64,000 nt of DNA from Klebsormidium nitens (lineage: Eukaryota > Plantae > Klebsormidiophyceae): positions 1-64,000 of the forward strand of contig DF236955.1 of assembly GCA_000708835.1 (NCBI GenBank), given 5' to 3'. This document shows, one piece after another, positions 61,801 to 64,000 of the stretch. The notes beneath the pieces are model-generated. The model was not told the DNA's origin. It searched no databases and saw only the letters and a program-made list of their open reading frames with translations. Made by a program: the position numbers and the translations under genes. Position 1 is the first letter of the stretch. Every line of letters begins with the position of its first letter.

Positions 61801-63524
61801 CTGAGTATCTTTCTCAATCTAATGATGAGAAAATCAAGATTACAAAGATGATGCCAGGTATCACCTTCATGAGACCAGATGCTGACTATTCGGAGACTTA
61901 CACCTGAATAGTCTGTCTATCAAGCAGGTAATAAGCGGGTATCTGAGCTGAAAGGATAGAATCATGGGTTTCCGATTGAATACAGGCTTTAATTCAGCTG
62001 CGGTGTCCTGAGCGGAGCTCACTCAACTATGAACGCAGGCTGTGCAAACAGCGTCGCCTCGAAAGTGTCTTACAGCAGCCAGAAGTCTCTCATTCCCAAA
62101 ACAGACTCAATCGAGTCAATGTTACCGCCTAAAGTGTAACCCACGTCCATCTGTTTTGCATTCAGCTTACAGAGTAGAGCCCCTGAAAAGGTTTGTGCAG
62201 CCCACACCAAGACACCCCTCTGTGACATGAACGTAATCTGCCTGAGCTTTCACCCCCAACAAGTCCTCCAGGTGCGTTGTCCGGGAACAACCTCAAAAAC
62301 CAGAACAACTATAAGCGTGCCAAGTCTTTCCTGGAAGGGCACACAGCATCGGGAACTGGACCCGAGATTCAAAGCCGTCGAAGCCAAAACGTTCAGCGAC
62401 ATTGATAGAGTTGAAGCCCCTACTTTATACCAACGCTTGACCAGAAACATGGCTCCTTGCCCCCCATTGGAGTAACTGTGGGGAACACAAGCGGTCTTCA
62501 AGGGGGAAGCTCACCCCAACATCAAGGACAACAACTTCATCTGACCGGTCGTCTCCTTTCTCACTCGCCACCCCCTCCACGTCCACCACCGCGTGGCCCC
62601 CCCCCCNNNNNNNNNNNNNNNNNNNNNNNNNNNNNNNNNNNNNNNNNNNNNNNNNNNNNNNNNNNNNNNNNNNNNNNNNNNNNNNNNNNNNNNNNNNNNN
62701 NNNNNNNNNNNNNNNNNNNNNNNNNNNNNNNNNNNNNNNNNNNNNNNNNNNNNNNNNNNNNNNNNNNNNNNNNNNNNNNNNNNNNNNNNNNNNNNNNNNN
62801 NNNNNNNNNNNNNNNNNNNNNNNNNNNNNNNNNNNNNNNNNNNNNNNNNNNNNNNNNNNNNNNNNNNNNNNNNNNNNNNNNNNNNNNNNNNNNNNNNNNN
62901 NNNNNNNNNNNNNNNNNNNNNNNNNNNNNNNNNNNNNNNNNNNNNNNNNNNNNNNNNNNNNNNNNNNNNNNNNNNNNNNNNNNNNNNNNNNNNNNNNNNN
63001 NNNNNNNNNNNNNNNNNNNNNNNNNNNNNNNNNNNNNNNNNNNNNNNNNNNNNNNNNNNNNNNNNNNNNNNNNNNNNNNNNNNNNNNNNNNNNNNNNNNN
63101 NGCTAGCAAATCCTGCCGACCCCCCCGCAGCAACTTGAGATGCCTTCAATAGAAGTGCCAATTTCCCCTGTGTTTGAGTGTCCCGGGGAAGCATCCACAT
63201 GACGGTTTGCAGGAGCCTCTGGCGCCGCTGACACGGGCACGCCGCGTTGCTGACGTCAGCGTAGCGCTGCGCCCCCCTCCTGGGTGACGTTCGCCTCGTA
63301 GGAGGGTCCATCCTTCTGGAAGGAGAGAGGAGACTGGGGCGAGGTGACAGCGAGGCGTGATGTGGCGCCCCGGTGTGAATTGGCGCCCTGGCGTGAATTG
63401 GCAGCCTAACGTTGTGCGGTATAGTCATGAGCGCGTGTCCGTCGCGCAACAAACTGCCACCAGCCCCAACTGCAGAAACTTCTCTCAAGGGGACCACCGA
63501 GCATACGGTCACCGCAGACGACAT
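52804..63524 (-). CDS. PAA1: Chloroplast envelope P1B Cu(I)-ATPase PAA1/HMA6; exons 63524-62515 (spans gap), 61717-61664, 60980-60830, 59699-59625, 58684-58404, 57543-57313, 56880-56663, 55986-55562, 54940-54309, 53667-53464, 53166-52804
   Basis: DEVVVLDVG|GMSCGGCASAVKRILESQ|PEVSSATVNLATETA (PAA1-type HMA), PNMNTLV, FFEEPVML, TGE, VVACPCALGLATP, DKTGT, SHP, GDGVND, QNLWWAFAYN; transit-peptide-like N-terminus. Confidence 0.95.
53575..53812 (-). repeat. Intronic degenerate copy of the 5' part of PAA1 exon 10 (period 153)
   Basis: ttgccactgctgcaccagcg at 53614 and 53767; echo translates EMHPPQEAPLVQQWQEDG vs exon EVRPAQKAALVQQWQKDG. Confidence 0.9.
56805..57006 (-). repeat. Intronic degenerate copy of the 5' part of PAA1 exon 7 (period 148-149)
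   Basis: gcggctctcccgtcaggctcgattcgtcaaccgtcgtgcggcccgactcgac (56805) vs gcggctcccccgtcaactcgattcgtccacggtcatgcggcccgactcgac (56954). Confidence 0.9.
58079..58147. repeat. 33-bp tandem duplication in PAA1 intron 5
   Basis: agcacatctgagcagcaatgagcgtgc(a/c)cctga repeated twice. Confidence 0.9.
58700..58970. repeat. Low-complexity degenerate tandem tract (gaggttgag / aaacgag units) upstream of PAA1 exon 5 acceptor
   Basis: Direct reading. Confidence 0.75.
62607..63101. other. Assembly gap (495 N) inside PAA1 exon 1
   Basis: N run flanked by a poly-C run; coding frames on the two sides are not joined by the N count. Confidence 0.98.
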
Positions 63525-64000
63525 GACTCTTGAGCCCCGGCAGAAGCGCCAATGCCGGTGCCTGGTCTGTGTGCGACTAACTCTGTGCCAGCGTCGGGAG
63601 TTGGGAGGACTTCTTCGGGGCAAGCCAGAGGGTCTTCACGCGGTGGCAGGGGACATGCTTTCACCCGCTTGCACTGTCAGTGATAGCACTGATAGCATAA
63701 AATTGAAGCGCCCCTTGGCCCTGAGGCCAACTTTGCCCCGAGTCTTGAGCTGCAGTCTGCAGATGCTGCTGTTTGCCTCACGCTGGAGCTGGCTGACTCG
63801 AGGCCGTGCTGTGGCGGCTAAAGCGTCTTGGTGCAAGCAGGAAAAGTGTGAACAGGCTCCGTATGGATTGTTCATTGCCGGCGCAAGCCAACTCGACAGC
63901 AAACGTACGAAGGTTTTCACAGGTCATCTTTGTGAAGAAGCTCCGATGCTACGTACAGTGACTTTGTCTCTCTCGGCGTCACCCTACATAATGCAAGTGA

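Noticed and set aside
1-64000. tRNA, rRNA, CRISPR arrays, intact transposase/RT genes
   Set aside because: No T-loop/A-box cloverleaf, rRNA-like blocks, repeat-spacer arrays or catalytic TE motifs seen by eye

Overview
Intron-rich eukaryotic nuclear DNA (GT-AG introns, GC-rich exons, plant-type plastid proteins), most consistent with a streptophyte green alga such as Klebsormidium (inference). Eleven spliced gene models could be assembled by hand with consistent exon phases: two convergent CYSTM-domain genes, NMD3, RPL17/uL22, an HDHD3-like HAD hydrolase, a conserved plastid-type membrane protein, a Kir-fold channel with a non-canonical filter and probable transit peptide, an ER-type (UGT8-like) UDP-glycosyltransferase, a DIS3L2/SOV exoribonuclease, an animal-like GT10 fucosyltransferase and the plastid Cu-ATPase PAA1/HMA6, whose first exon spans a 495-N gap. 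Most notable: (1) repeated degenerate 'echo' copies of exon ends in the adjacent intron or 3' UTR, mostly offset by 135-159 bp and sometimes keeping decoy splice sites; (2) a strong cryptic acceptor in PAA1 intron 3 that would give a short PCH1-like copper chaperone; (3) the Kir-like channel lacking GYG; (4) two glycosyltransferases with animal-type architecture; (5) at least 3 GC-AG introns among about 50. No rRNA, tRNA, CRISPR or intact transposon was recognised. All coordinates were counted by eye.
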